From Paraspadella gotoi (Eukaryota > Animalia > Chaetognatha), in assembly GCA_051294375.1 (NCBI GenBank), contig JBJCIZ010000744.1, forward strand, positions 1,354,262 through 1,418,261: DNA of 64,000 bases. Direction: 5' to 3'. A program made the translations under genes and the position numbers. Shown here one piece after another: positions 1 through 13,620 of this stretch. Position 1 is the stretch's first letter; each line of letters opens with the position of its first letter. The notes below the pieces were generated by a model that did not search any database, was not told the origin of the DNA, and saw nothing but the letters and a program-made list of their open reading frames with translations.

Positions 1-614
1 CTTTCATATCGAAATCTAGAAAAAAAAATTTAAATTTATTGGCGGAGGAAACTCTATATTTAAGTATCTTCTGGCCTGATCTCGACTCTTAAAGATTCAC
101 TTTCGGTCGTCCGTCGGTCCCTCACATAAAATATTGTCGGTAAGTCATTCAGAAAATGTCAGAACGTCAAATTCATGATAAATTATGCAAAAAAAAAAAA
201 AAAAAAAAAAAACGATGTGCGGATGTCCGTCCGTCCGTTCCCCCTCCTAGTTATTGAATGTCAATTACTGAGGAATATATGGGCGATTGACTTGGATGGA
301 TAGATTGAGATGAAATTTTTGTGTTGGTAGGAAAGTGTGTGATTAAGCTTGAAATAAAGTTTCGATGGAATCGTCCGAGTGGAAATGTGTTTAATGAAAA
401 AAACAAAGAAACCTGTTTCACAATTTAATTATGCCATTTTCCTTTATATAAATGTAAATACAAGCCTGCATTAATTATTCAATTAATAAATTTATAATAA
501 ATCATCAATCGATCATCTAAACAATCAATTAATCTATACATGTTGCAAGAACTACGGTAATTACTAAAATTTTAAAAAAACCTATTATGATTTTACCCTG
601 CTTAGCTTAAACGT

Positions 615-746
615 ATGGTGGACTAAAATCCACCAACTGTTCATCAGCGGCCATTGGTGCCGGAGGCAAGTCATTCGCACGTTCTAGCACGGTGGTCGCC
701 TTGCAGTTAAGAGGACGGGGCGCTTAACCCGCCTGTAACACGGTGT

Positions 747-778
<32 letters not shown>

Positions 779-1470
779 GGTGGAAGTGATGAAAGATTGA
801 GTGATTGAACATTATTTTTTTTGCTGCCTATGGCATATAATTAATAATTTTAAAAATCCTTTTAAAAATTTTTTAGCATAACAGTATAGCAATCAATTAT
901 TTATGTAGTAATATCCTTAAAAATCGTTAAATTTTAAAATAATTTTTTTTTATTTTAAGACTGATTTGGATTTGCTGTAAAAAACTTAAGAAACTTTTTA
1001 TTAAAATATGTTATATGATATCTTTAATGTTTAGATTCACAAAAAATGATTAAAACGTTTTAACATATATAAGTTTCTACTACAGAGAATAAAAAGTTAG
1101 GAATTTTTCACCTTTTTTTTAATTTTAAACATTGAAGATGACAGAATTTTTGATAAAATGTTTTTATATTTTGATTCAACTTTTATGAAGAATCTGAATC
1201 TTTAACAAAAATTTCATAAAAATTATTTTTAAAATTTACTATTTATAAGGATATTACTACAAATATATTATATTTTACTATACTGTTCCTCGAGATAATA
1301 TGAACAAAATATTTTTGTACTAGTAATCATACTGTCTCACATCTAAATATCAATTGTTCGATCATTCAATAAATTTTTTGTTCTTGAGTGATCCACTCTA
1401 AATATATATATATACTGCATATATTAACGGTTCTGGTCACTAACACATAACAATAATTACTGTCTCTTCA
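615..1470 (+). mobile_element. tRNA-derived SINE-like element split by a MITE (615-746 and ~1415-1470); mirrored at ~6520-7333
   Basis: Matches the intact copies at 9476-9700 and 18708-18930. Confidence 0.75.
776..1400 (+). mobile_element. hAT-type MITE inserted in a (TA)n tract; mirrored at ~6590-7183
   Basis: Ends TAGGGTGGA...TCCACTCTA; homologous in reverse orientation to 38906-39527. Confidence 0.7.
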
Positions 1471-1722
1471 AACGGTTCTATCACTAACTCATAAATGTAA
1501 TAATTATTCTGTCTCAGAGTAACAATTGTCGTACAGAATTCCCAAACATTTATAAAACTTGGCTGTTTTCTCTTTTTTATCATTTTTTCATTTTCTCATT
1601 TTCATAGAAATTTATTTTATCAAATTAAAGTCGCCAAACCTGCCCAAAACAAACGAAACATAAGTCAAATATCTATGCATGACAAGAAAATATAAATACC
1701 AATAAAAAAAAAGAATAATAAA

Positions 1723-1762
<40 letters not shown>

Positions 1763-1844
1763 GATAATAATAATAATAATAATAATAATTAATATAATAA
1801 TAATAATAATAATAATCATAAACCCTTGAAAATATAACTCAAAC

Positions 1845-3793
1845 GTTTTTCCCCTTCTCTCCAAAATCCCGCTGCTCGACCAAAAGTTATGGCTACGATC
1901 GCTTCCCACCGCCGCAACATCTTGGCGTACTTGGCCGCCCATTTGCCCTCGTCCGCGCCCAGCGACTGGCGACGCCCTCGCGGGGGTCTCCAATTTGATC
2001 TGATGGTTCGTTTGCTGCTGACGAAAACCCTGGACTTCGCGGAATCTTTTGAAAAAGAAGCGAAGAAAACGAAAGAACGATGCTGAGGATGGCGAAGGGA
2101 GCCGGCAGTTTGGACCTTAAGGGGAATGCGTTGCTGAGAATTTATAAACACGTTTTCTATTAATAAATTTCGATTAAATATATTATTAAAAGTTTAATTA
2201 AAACATTAAAACATTTTTTTGACTCTATCTTTCTCTTTGTTACTTGACATTCGATTTACGTAACTGTTTAATCTATAACCACAGTTAAACATTTGATTAA
2301 TACTGTAAATATGTTACTTTTTTTTGAGTAAGATAAGATAGAGCAACAGTTTAAATAAATTGATCCTTAATCTCAATCCTTAATTTGTAATTTGTAACCA
2401 TAAACCTTAATCTTATCCTTAATCTTAATCCCTAATCTTAATCCCTATCTTAATCCCTAATCTTAATCCATAACCCTTTCCCTCACCCAACTGTGATCAT
2501 TACATAAGGGTAAATTTAAAAACTAGTTTCTTTCAATTTAAATGATATGGAGATTATTGAGAAAATAACGACAAAAATAGAACCTTTATACATTTTCCCT
2601 CACCTGTCGTAGTATTCAAAAGATAAGATCGTGTCGGCTGTAACACCAGATCTTGAAGACTGGTCCTGAACTTGGTAAAGGTGTACCGAAAAACATTGCA
2701 ATGATCAAGTTAGCAAGAGAATGCCTGCGATCAGCATGTAAATGCCCTTCATTCCTGCAAGAGTATAAGCTCAGCGAACTCAAAAAAGTATTGGTTTTTG
2801 TCCGCTTGAGCTAAGTCATTGATGTCGCCGACTCGCCCATACAGGTTCCAATAAGGACGAGTAAATATCCGATGGATACATTAAAGTAAAGAAATGTTGC
2901 GGGGCTTCGGCCTCGCCACAGCACTCGTGGGAGACTGAGGCCTGTCAAGGGAGGGATGTATGATTTTATTGTATTTTTGGGGACAAATTTTTTGTTTAAC
3001 AAATTTTTTGTATAATTTTATTGCAACTGAGTCTTTTTTTAATTTTAAAATAATATTAAATGATCATTTTTTTTGTTTTAGAAATAAATTATTCTTAAAA
3101 AGATTTATATCTTCTGTTTAGTGTTTTTTTTTTATTTTTTGATAATAAAAATTTAATTGTTTGAAATAAAACTTATTACGTTTAAGAAATATCAACCTTT
3201 ATCTTTATAAATAAATTTCTTACTATATTTACATGATATATTTTGATTATACCAAATTATATATATATATTAAGATAATATTCATTACAATCTATACAGT
3301 ACACACTATACAGATATATCAATTCAAACACTTGTAAAAAATACAAAAATAAAAATAACCAACAAACTCAACGTGTAAGCGACCACAGAGTAGGAGACGC
3401 CCAAATATGCAAATGATGCAGAGAAACGAGAGCAAATCCTCCAACATCCGGGATAATCATGACCAACTTGGTCCCAGGAAGCGAATCGAGGGTAAAGACG
3501 TGAGCAGACGAACCAGAACATCATGTAGAGAAAACAATAGAGCATCTTGATGATCAGGCCGCGTATCTGTCCGTCCGCCGTCACGCTGGGGTTTGCTACG
3601 CATTGCAATGGCCACGAAGATCAGGATGATGATGATCAGATCAAAAGGTTCCATCTGTCCTTGACGTGGGCCGAAGATGGAGGAAGAGGTATTGGCGTCG
3701 TCCGTTGGCGACGATCTGGCAGAATCTCTTGCATGACGAAAGATGATCCAGAAGACGAAGACGACCAACTCGTTGGTGAGAGAGGAATTCCTC
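1845..3793 (-). pseudogene. Mirror copy of the same three TRPM exons (3793-~3368, 2941-2604, 2115-1845), frameshifted; probably an artefactual duplicate
   Basis: Reverse complement of 3936-6182 with many single-base indels. Confidence 0.75.
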
Positions 3794-3935
3794 CTGGTGT
3801 TTCGGGGGGGGGGGAAGGGAGAGAAAGGAGGAGGGAAAGCGGCGTAAATATTAGTTTAGATATTTTAAGGGGAAGAAAGTATTTAATGACATTTACAACN
3901 NNNNNNNNNNNNNNNNNNNNNNNNCGAAACACCAG

Positions 3936-6188
3936 GAGGAATTCCCTCTCACCAACGAGTTGGTCGTCTTCGTCTTCTGGATCCACTTCGTCATGCAAGA
4001 GATTCTGCAGATCGTCGCCAACGGGACGACGCAATACCTATTCCTCCATCTCCGGTCCCACGTCAAGGACAGATGGAACCTCTTGGATCTGATCATCATC
4101 ATCCTGATCTTCGTGGCCATTGCAATGCGTTGCAACCCCAGCGTGACGGCGGACGGACAGATACGCGGCCTGATCATCAAGATGCTCTATTGTTTTCTCT
4201 ACATGATGTTCTGGGTTCGCCTGCTTCACGTCTTTACCGCGATTCGCTTCCTGGGACCCAAGTTGGTCATGATATCCCGGATGTTGGAGGATTTGCTCTC
4301 GTTTCTCTGCATCATTTGCATATTTGGCGTCTCCTACTCTGTGGTCGCTTACACGTTGGAGGTTTGTTGGTTTATTTTTGTTTTTGTATGTATGCATGTT
4401 CTTTGGCAAGTGTTTGAATTGATATGTCTGTGTAGTGTGTACTGTATAGATTGTAATAATATTATCTATAATATATATATATATATAATTTAGTATTAAT
4501 CAAAATATACATGTAAATATAGTAAGATTTTGTATTTATAAAGATAAAGGTTGATATTTTTCAAGTGATAAGTTTTATTTCAAACAATTAAATCTTTATT
4601 ATCAAAAAATTTTTAAAAAATACAAAACAGAAATCTAAATCTTTTTTAAGAATAATTTATTTCTAAAACAAAAAAAAAAAGTCGTAATAAAATTATACCA
4701 AAAATTTGTAAACCAAAAATTTGTCCCAAAAAATATAATAAAATCATACATCCCTCCCTTGACAGGCCTCAGTCTCAAAAAGAGAGAGAATTATCTCCAT
4801 ATCATTTAAATTGAAATAAACTAGTTTTTAAATTTACCCATTATGTTAATGATCAACAGTGGGTGAGGGTAGGGAATAGGGTTATGGATTAAGATTAGGG
4901 ATTAAGATTAGGGATTAAGATTAGGGATTAAGTTAAGGATTAAGATTAAGGTTTATGGTTACAAATTACAATTAAGGATTGAGATTAAGGGATNNNNNNN
5001 NNNNNNNNNNNNNNNNNNCCACGAGTGCTGTGGCGAGGCCGGGAAGCCCCTGCAACATTTCTTTTACATTTAATGTTCGCGATCGGATATTTACTCGGTC
5101 CTTATTGGACAACTGTAAATGGGCGAGTCGGCGACATCAGATGACTTTAGCTCAAGCGGACAACAACCCAATACTTTTTCTGAGCTTTCGCTTGAGCTTT
5201 ATATCTCTTTTGCCAGGAATGAAGGGCATTTACATGCTGATTCGCACGCATAACTCTCTTTTATAGCTAGACTTACTGATCATATGAGAGGGCAATGTTT
5301 TCGCGATACTACCTTATTTGTTCACAGTCAAGTGTTCAGTGCGCACCACAGATTCTTCCAAGATCTGGTGTTCACAGCCGACACGATTCTTTATCTTTTG
5401 GAATACTACGACAGGTGAGGGAGAAATGTATGAAAGGTTCTATTGTTTGTCGTTATTTTCTCAATAATCTCCATATCATTTAAATTGAAAAAACTAGTTT
5501 TTAAATTTACCCTTATGTAATGATCACAGTTGGGTGAGGGAATAGGGTTATGGATTAAGATTAGGGATTAAGATTAGGGATTAAGATTAGGGATTAAGAT
5601 TAAGGATTAAGATTAAGGTTTATGGTTACAAATTACAAATTAAGGATTGAGATTAAGGATCAATTTATTTAAACTGTTGCTCTATCTTATCTTACTCAAA
5701 AAAAAGTAACATTATTTACAGTATTAATCAAATGTTTAACTGTGGTTATAGATTAAACAGTTAACGTAAATGAATGTCAAGTAACAAAGAAGATAAGATA
5801 GAGTCAAAAAATGTTTTAAATGTTTTAATTAAACTTTTAATAATATATTTTAATCGAAATTTATTAATAGAAAACGTGGTTTATAATTCTCAGCAACGCA
5901 TTCCCTTAAAGGTCCAAACTGCCGGCTCCCTTCGCCATCCTCAGCATCGTTCTTTCGTTTTCTTCGCTTCTTTTTCAAAAGATTCCGCGAAGTCCAGGGT
6001 TTTCGTCAGCAGCAAACGAACCATCAAGATCAAATTGGAGACCCCCGCCGAGGGCGTCGCCAGTCGCTGGGCGGACGAGGGCAAATGGGCGGCCAAGTAC
6101 GCCAAGATGTTGCGGCGGTGGGAAGCGATCGTAGCCAATAACTTTTGGTCGAGCAGCGGGATTTTGAGAGAAGGGGAAAAACGTTTGA
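3936..6188 (+). CDS. TRPM-family cation channel, 3' part (S2-S6 and TRP domain); exons ~3936-4361, ~4766-5414 (scrambled around an N-gap), ~5912-6182
   Basis: WNLLDLIIIILIFV..RLLHVF..LGPKLVMISRMLED; pore and S6 motifs PYWNLYGE and NLIIAMF..IW..LIFEYYD (clearest in the mirror copy); RSKLPAPFAILS; AG/GT ends with compatible phases. Confidence 0.85.
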
Positions 6189-9100
6189 GTTATATTTTCA
6201 AGGGTTTATGATTATTATTATTATTATTATTATTTATTATATATTATTATTATTATTATTATATTATTATTTTATTATTTATCTTTTTTTTATTGGTATT
6301 TATATTTTCTTGTCATGCATGATATTTGACTTATGTTTCGTTTGGTTTTGGGCAGGTTGGCGACTTTAATTTGATAAAAAAATTTTCTATGAAAATGAAA
6401 AATGAAAAAATGAAAAAAAAGAAAAAGCCAAGTTTTATAAATGTTTGGGAATTCTGTACGACAAATTGTTACTCTTGAGACAGAATAATTATTATCATTT
6501 ATGAGTTAGTGATAGAACCGTTTGAAGAGACAGTAATTATTGTTATGTGTTAGTGACAGAACCGTTCAATATATGCAGTATATATATATTTAGGTGATCA
6601 CAGAACAAAAAATTTATTGAATGATGAACATGATATTTAGATGTAGACATATGATACAGATTTAAAAAATATTTTGTTAATTATTCGAGGAAGCAGTTAT
6701 AGTAAAATTAATATAATTTGATAAGTAATGATCTGTATGTAAATCAGTAAATTTTAAAAATATTTTTATAAATTTTTGTTAAAGATTCAGATTCTTCAAC
6801 TAAAAGTGAATGAAATATAATTTTTCAATTCGTCAATTTAATGTTGTAATTAAAAAAAGTTGTGAAAAATTCCTAATTGTTTAATTCTCTGTGTAGACTT
6901 AAGCATTATATGATCGTGTAAAACGTATTTAATCATTTTTTGTAATTAAACATTAAAATATCATAAAATATTTATAATAAAAAGTTTCTTAGTTTTTTAC
7001 AGAAATCTAAATCAGTCTTAAAATAAAAAAAAATATTTTAAAATTTAACGATTCTCTTAAGTTTACTAATAAATAATTGATTGCTATACTATTCAGCCTA
7101 AAAAATTTTTAAAGGTATTGTTAGAATTATAATGTATATGATAGGCGCAAAAAATGTCATATAATCTTCATCACTATCACTAATATATTATATATATATA
7201 TATATATATATAAACCGTGTTACAGGCGGGTTAAGCGCCACGTCCTCTTAACTGCAAGGGACCAACCGTGCTAGAACTGGAATGACTTGCTCGGAAATGG
7301 CTGATGAACAGTTGGTGGATTTTAGTCACCATACGTTTTAAGCTAAGATAAATATAATAGTTTTAAAATTTTAGTAATTACCGTAGTTCTTGCAACATGT
7401 ATAGATTAATTGATTGTTAGATGATCGATTGATGATTTATTATAAATTTATTAATTGAATAATTAATGCAGGCTTGTATTTACATTTTAATATAAAGGAA
7501 AATGGCATAATTAAATTGTGAAACAGGTTTCTTTGTTTTTTTCATTAAAACACATTTCCACTCGGACGATTCCATCGAAACTTTATTTCAAGCTTAATCA
7601 CACACTTTCCTACCAACACACAAAATTTCATCTCAATCTATCCATCCAAGTCAATCGCCCCATATATTCCTCAGTAATTGACATTCAAAACTAGGGAGGG
7701 GGAACGGACGGACGGACATCCGCACATCGTTTTTTTTTTTTTTTTTTTTTTTTTTTGCATAATTTATCATGATTTTGACGTTCTGACATTTTCTGAATGA
7801 CTTACCGACAATATTTTATGTGGGGACCGACGGACGCGCGAAAGTGAATCTTAGAGTCGAGATCAGGCCAGAATTACTTAATATAGAGTTTCCTCCGCCA
7901 ATAAATTTAAATTTTTTTTCTAGATTTCGATATGAAAGACCGACGATGCAAGACCGATAAGACCGACGTCAAACCGGTTTGTCGGCCACGTTGTCGTCGT
8001 CATCGTCGTCGTCGTCGTCGTCTGTGCCAGTTTAGTCTATAGAAAAATATTATATTACCGATTAAACAATTGAATATAAAGTCTTTCGCTGGGAGACGAT
8101 ACTAACAAAAAAAATAATAGTTAAGTGAGAATCTAAAAAAAAAATTAAATAAAGACAAAAAACAAAACAAAAATAATTATTTGATAATTGTTGTTTATAC
8201 AAACTTCAAAGTTTAAACTGCTTCGTTAAATTCCTAACGGCTTGGAGCTTTCTATCGCCACCAAACGGTACGACGATAATTTCATATTTGTATTCTAGCT
8301 AAGAGTTCAATAAGGTCATCGTGCGCATAGTTTTATAATAAGTAAAATAATAAGTAAATAAAATACGAACAATTCCTAATATCATAAGACGCTTGTTTCC
8401 ATACTATATATATCATACCATATAAACCATATACCGAGTGATCATCTTGGAAATCGTGTACGGAACCAAGTCGGGCTTCATTTTCCAACCCCACCTTTTT
8501 CATTTTAAATGCGAAATTAAGTAGGTTTTAGGATTAAAGGTTAGGAATTTGTTTAACGATAATGTTTAAGATTTTATTATTTATCGTTTAGGAATTATGT
8601 TTAGGGTTAAGGTTAAAAATTTATATATTCCTTACCTACTTACCTCTTTTCCTGATGAGAGACTAGTTAAGTACCTACCTTTAGCTAGATACCATCTTCC
8701 CAGTAGGGTTAAGATTAAAGTTAAAAATTAAAATTAGTATAGTAAATGGCGCGCATTATCTTTTTTTGTTTTTTAAATGTCTCTTTGTATTGGATTAATC
8801 TCCTCCCTTTAATCTTTATCGATTATTTTCTCTTATCTTATTATAAAGATTTTTTATCCTCTTTCCCCCCCTCCCCCTCCCCTTTTCTTTAACTCTCTCT
8901 CTTCTCTCCCTCTCTGTTTCTCTTCTTTCTTTTTCTTTTAATCGAACGTCTATGTAAATATTTTCGTTACAATAATAAAACAAGAATGCGTTATCGGTAA
9001 GGAGTCACATTAAACTAACGTTAAAAAGAAAACAATCCGAAGAGAATGTGACACTCTCGGAAAGAGAGCCAACTTTTTAACTTTTTCTTAGTCTCTCTCT

Positions 9101-9475
9101 GTCTCTCTCTCTGTCTTCTCTCTCTTCGTCTCCCTCCTCCCCTCTCTCCAATGAACCTTCAAGTCAATCCACCCCCCAACCGCTCGCCATTCCACCCACG
9201 CACTCCGCTCCGCACGAGGTTCTCCGCATTCCGAGCTCGGGTCTCCCTTCTGCGGAGCCGGGCACGATTGCGGTACCGACGACTTCCCCGCCGACGGGGA
9301 CTTGGGTCGCAGACGGCACCGGAAGAAAAATCCCGGGTAGGTTAGAAAATTATTTATTATATTATATTTATAAATATCATATCGACTTTTTTTTATTAAA
9401 TTTGATATAAAATCGGTACAAGCAATAAAATTTTTTTTTTTATTAATTCAATAAATACGCTTAAATTTGTATATT

Positions 9476-9700
9476 ATGGTGGACTAAAATCCACTAACTT
9501 TTCATCAGCGCCATTGGTGCTGGAGGCAAAGTCATTCGCCTCCCAACCCAACGGTCCGGGGTTCTAGCACGGTGGTCGCCTTGCAGTTAAGAGGGGCGCT
9601 TAACCCCGCCTGTAACACGGTGTTACAGCCTGATCCGAAGCTCAGGGAGTTCTAATATTGAACGGTTCTGTCACTACTCATAACAACTATTACTGTCTCT
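9476..9700 (+). mobile_element. tRNA-derived SINE-like repeat (~225 bp)
   Basis: Dispersed family starting atggtggactaaaatccac and ending ttactgtctc, with a tRNA-like core and the palindrome ctgtaacacggtgttacag. Confidence 0.8.
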
Positions 9701-10130
9701 AACCTGATACAACCTGCATAGGAAGTTGTAAATTAATATTAAGCAATTCCTTTGTGGGATATAATAAATGCATTTTTTTATTTACACTAAATATATAAAA
9801 AAAATACTTGTAAAATTGTTTGGCTTTAAAGATTAGATAATTTTTTAAAATTCATTTGCAATTACATTTAAACTTAAGTGTGTCGATTCTTATATCTAAT
9901 TTACCATCTAATCAACGATTTAAGAATTGTTTATTATTTAGCCGTTCTCTCCCATATACAATTCAGCGAGAGTCGTCATCGTCATCGCCGTCGTCGTCAT
10001 CGTCGTCATCATCGTCGTCATCGTCTCCGCATTATTAGCCGTCAAAGGATGAACGAAAGATTAACAAGATTAACAAAATTAATAAGATCTGTGAGGTGTT
10101 AATAAGAGTTAATCGCCTTGCGCGCATTAC

Positions 10131-10355
10131 ATTCCCGTCGACAACCATGCCGGATTTACCATTCCCGTCGACACCATGCCCGGATTTACCATGCCCGTCG
10201 ACACCATGCCCGGATTTACCATTCCCGTCGACACCCATGCCCGGATTTACCATGCCCGTCGACACCATGCCCGTGGGCACCATGCCCGGATTTACCAATT
10301 CCCGTCGACACCATGCCCGGATTTACCATGCCCGTGCCCGTGGGCACATGCCCGG
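10131..10355. repeat. 30-bp minisatellite (ttcccgtcgacaccatgcccggatttacca), ~7 units; only ~3 units in the duplicate at 19361-19452
   Basis: Direct tandem units without spacers. Confidence 0.9.
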
Positions 10356-11079
10356 CCGACGAAATGCCATGCGTCTTGGGCTGTGAGTAAAAAGGCGACT
10401 CATAATATCAACAAACGAACGTTTTATCTAATTTTTTTTAAACATTTTGTTTTATAATTTCCGTTAATTAAATGACTATTTTGTGTATATTTTTTTTTTT
10501 TTAATTCGTCCTTGAAATTTCGTTACTTTTGTAAATATACCCTGGCCTTTTGTTTTTGAGAAAAAAATATGTCGCGATTTTCTTTTTCAACGATTATTTA
10601 CATTTTAAATAAATTGCGGTAAAAATCTACCGAATCGGCAACAATAATATTCAATAAATTAGATTGTAAGTTCTTAATCTTGTGACCGCCACCAAAGAAT
10701 TATTTTTGTTAAATAAACATTAATGTAGATTTTAAAAATATTAAAAAAATATGTCAGAATTTTTTTTATTTTTAATAATCCATTAGTAATAAATTACGAT
10801 AGATATCTACCGAATTAGCAATAAAAAATTTGATAAATAAATAAATTAGATAAATAAAAAAATTAGATTGTTAGTTCTTAATCTTGTAACCGTCACCAGA
10901 ACATTATTTTTGTTTAACAAATGATAATGGAGTTTTAATAAGTTTGAGCAAACAATACCGGATCTGCCCACGATCATTAGCGGTAAGCAGCTGATCAGAT
11001 AATTAATTAATTAATTAATTAATTAATTAATTAATATTAATTTTTTTTATCTGTGTTAAAATCTCGCCTCTCAATCACA

Positions 11080-11220
11080 AAACAACAATCTCGATCATAA
11101 AATTAATTCGATGTTCTGACATGATATATGTTAATGCCCAACAAGATTGGGGGGCCGACCGATGGACCGACAAAGTGAATTATAGAGCCGGATCTTGCTG
11201 TAAGCAGATCCGACTAAAAA
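11080..11220 (-). mobile_element. Helentron/DINE-1-like (HINE) non-autonomous element end; related sequence at ~64-240, ~7700-7880, ~16900-17085 and ~20190-20313
   Basis: Minus strand reads tttttagtcggatctgc..gatccggctctataattcactttgtcggtc (T-run, terminal hairpin, GTCN microsatellite), the layout of DINE-1/HINE ends. Confidence 0.45.
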
Positions 11221-11689
11221 GACTGTCAAGCGTAACAACTAATTCGTCGCAAGAGAAGCAAATTCAATAACTTGACTATTTAGTATTTACAACCAAAGAT
11301 CAAATTTGTTTTCGTGGTTTCGGGGGTGATTAAAGGGTTATAGGTTTACAGCGAGGGGTTAAATAGGTGAAGAGGGCGTTCAGGGTTCGCAGTGGATCAC
11401 CAGGGGATTGGGCAGTTGGGAGTGGTCGTTACAGGTTTACTTGAAGGTGGGATACAGTTGAGAATGGTTGGGTGTAAACCGTGAAGGGGTTCGTGATTTT
11501 AAGTGAGAATTTTTAAGTGTTTAGTGAGAGGGTATAATTATTTAGAGTAAATCTTCAGAGTAAGGTTGTAAAGAGGCTTGAGGGGTTTTGGAGGTGGTCC
11601 AGTGGTAGTTCAGTGGGATCAAGTTTCTCGCGGTCAGCTAAATCGGCGACCATACACCGGACCGACAGGCACAAAATAATCCAAATCCA

Positions 11690-13620
11690 AATTATTCATC
11701 AACGATCCATCGACTCGATCCCCGCGACCACTCTCGACGATCCTCTCAAGTCTTCGATTATGCGTTGGGACGTCGTTTTCGCATTCGACGGCGGCGATGA
11801 GGGGCATGCGGGAAAGCCAGGAGGAGGAGGAGGGAGTATGACGAAGAAGACGACGACGACGACGACAACTCTATGATGTCATCAATTCGCGATTTAAAGT
11901 TTCATGAGATAGTTGACGATTTCGGGAAAAGGGCTCTCGAATGGGGCGAGATTGTCGAGCATCTCTGGACGAGAGACTGAAGAGGAATTTTGTTTTAATT
12001 TTAACCTTAATGTTTAACTTGAATAAGTCTCTTAAACTTATTTAAACTAATTCTTATCCCTAATCTCTACCCATAGCTTTTTTTTTTTTGGGCGAACAAT
12101 AAACGGACAATAAACAATAAATAACAATATTTTTTTAAAAAAAAGTTGATTATATCGTTTGAACTCACCCGAATCCTCACAAAGTCGGGGCAATCCGTCC
12201 AATTGTAAACATCATGGGATTTCACGGTTCGACGGCGCGATCTTTTCGCAAGGCTCCTCGTCGATTTCGTCTGAAACGAGGAGAAAAAAAAAAAAAAAAA
12301 ACAGAACTCGTTACATAGAACGTGCAAGTCTAAAAAGAGGCTTACTTTAACTTTTCAGAAGGCGATTGAGGTTATTCCGCATGGACTCGATTTTTGAAGA
12401 GCAACTTCCTCATGGAAACAAACGTCGGAATCGAATCTGTATGGATACAAATAGTACGTAATTACGGTATGATAGTAACAACATTATAACTAATCATTTA
12501 AATATGTTATTTTTTCTAAATGAAAGTACAGTCGCAGTATGTAAAGTCAGACGAATATCTACAAACTCAGATGCTCTTTTAATATAGGAGATATGCGACG
12601 TTTGTCTCTTTCTCTCTTTTGCGGTCATTCCAGATCTGCTCTGAAACGGGACTCTCTCTAAAATAATAAACGTTTGTGGACGCTCATGGACGCTTAGTGG
12701 ATTCTTTGTGGATTTGTTTATTCTTACTATGCTTCTTTTATTAATTAGTTAGTATTTCATTGATTGGTATTTTATGAATATCTATATGCTTTGATTATTT
12801 TATTAAGGTACCCTTAAAATATCGAGACTCAAGTGATAAGAAACTTATAAACTTATGGCGCCAGCGGTCTCGCTTTTCAGTCCAGTTTCTTGACAAAAAA
12901 TTTTGATCTTTTTTTGGGGGGGGTATAATATTTCCGACTGTATATGCTGTCTCAGTATAAAAAAGACAGGAGAGAGAGAGAGAGGGAGAGACTTGAAATA
13001 GTGAACCATTCAAACAATAATGCCCTTAGGCCTTAACTAAGGAACAAGGGCCATAACATTTAAAAAGGACTTAGAGAATGCTTGCTCTTTCCTCAACAGT
13101 TTTACGTATGACTCCCACTGGTCTCTCGCCCCCCCCAATCTTCATTTAAATCATGTTGTTTTTGTTGTTGCTGTTGTTGATATTCGTATCGTCGACTGAT
13201 TGAAACATGACCGACTCTGAGACAGATATCACATATCACATATCACACTGCAGAGAGAGAGAGAGGAGAGAGAGAGAAGAGAGAGTAAGAGGAGAGAGAA
13301 AAAGCCAGCCGGGAGTAGACAAAGAGAGCACAAACCCGGACAGTAAAACAAACTGAGAACATTAAATTAACATACATTAACAGAATAAAGTACCTTTCTC
13401 TTTTCCTCGACTTAAAACTTTCGGTTTCTTTAAGACGGGTAAAGCCGGCCTTTTGACGGAGCGAGATCGAGAGCGCCGTTTTTCCGCGCCGGCGTCACGT
13501 CTGTAGTCCTCGGCTCGAGACAGGATGGAACGTGAGGACGAACCGAGAGAAAAGGAGAAAGGCGGCGCCGACGCCGACGACGACGTCCGACGAAGATCGA
13601 AGGAATTTTCGATTGATGAT
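11690..13620 (-). CDS. Unidentified multi-exon gene fragment (duplicate at ~20790-22730), frames broken by indels
   Basis: GC-rich blocks bounded by polypyrimidine-AG and GT on the minus strand, e.g. ~12272-12168 TKSTRSLAKRSRRRTVKSHDVYNWTDCPDFVRIR followed by gtgagt. Confidence 0.4.

Larger units (their letters stand above)
1..7938. repeat. Large inverted repeat (fold-back) centred on the N-gap at 3900-3924; may extend left of the window
   Basis: Window start ctttcatatcgaaatctaga is the reverse complement of 7919-7938; exons, SINE and MITE are all mirrored; arms differ mainly by small indels. Confidence 0.95.

Noticed and set aside
2365-2480. Telomeric (TTAGGG)n, also ~5545-5660, ~8520-8620 and ~40400-40650
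   Set aside because: Short, degenerate, internal gattag/ggttaa tracts rather than pure telomere arrays
10131-10355. CRISPR-like array or repeat-protein ORFs
   Set aside because: Contiguous 30-bp units with no unique spacers, no cas genes, eukaryotic context
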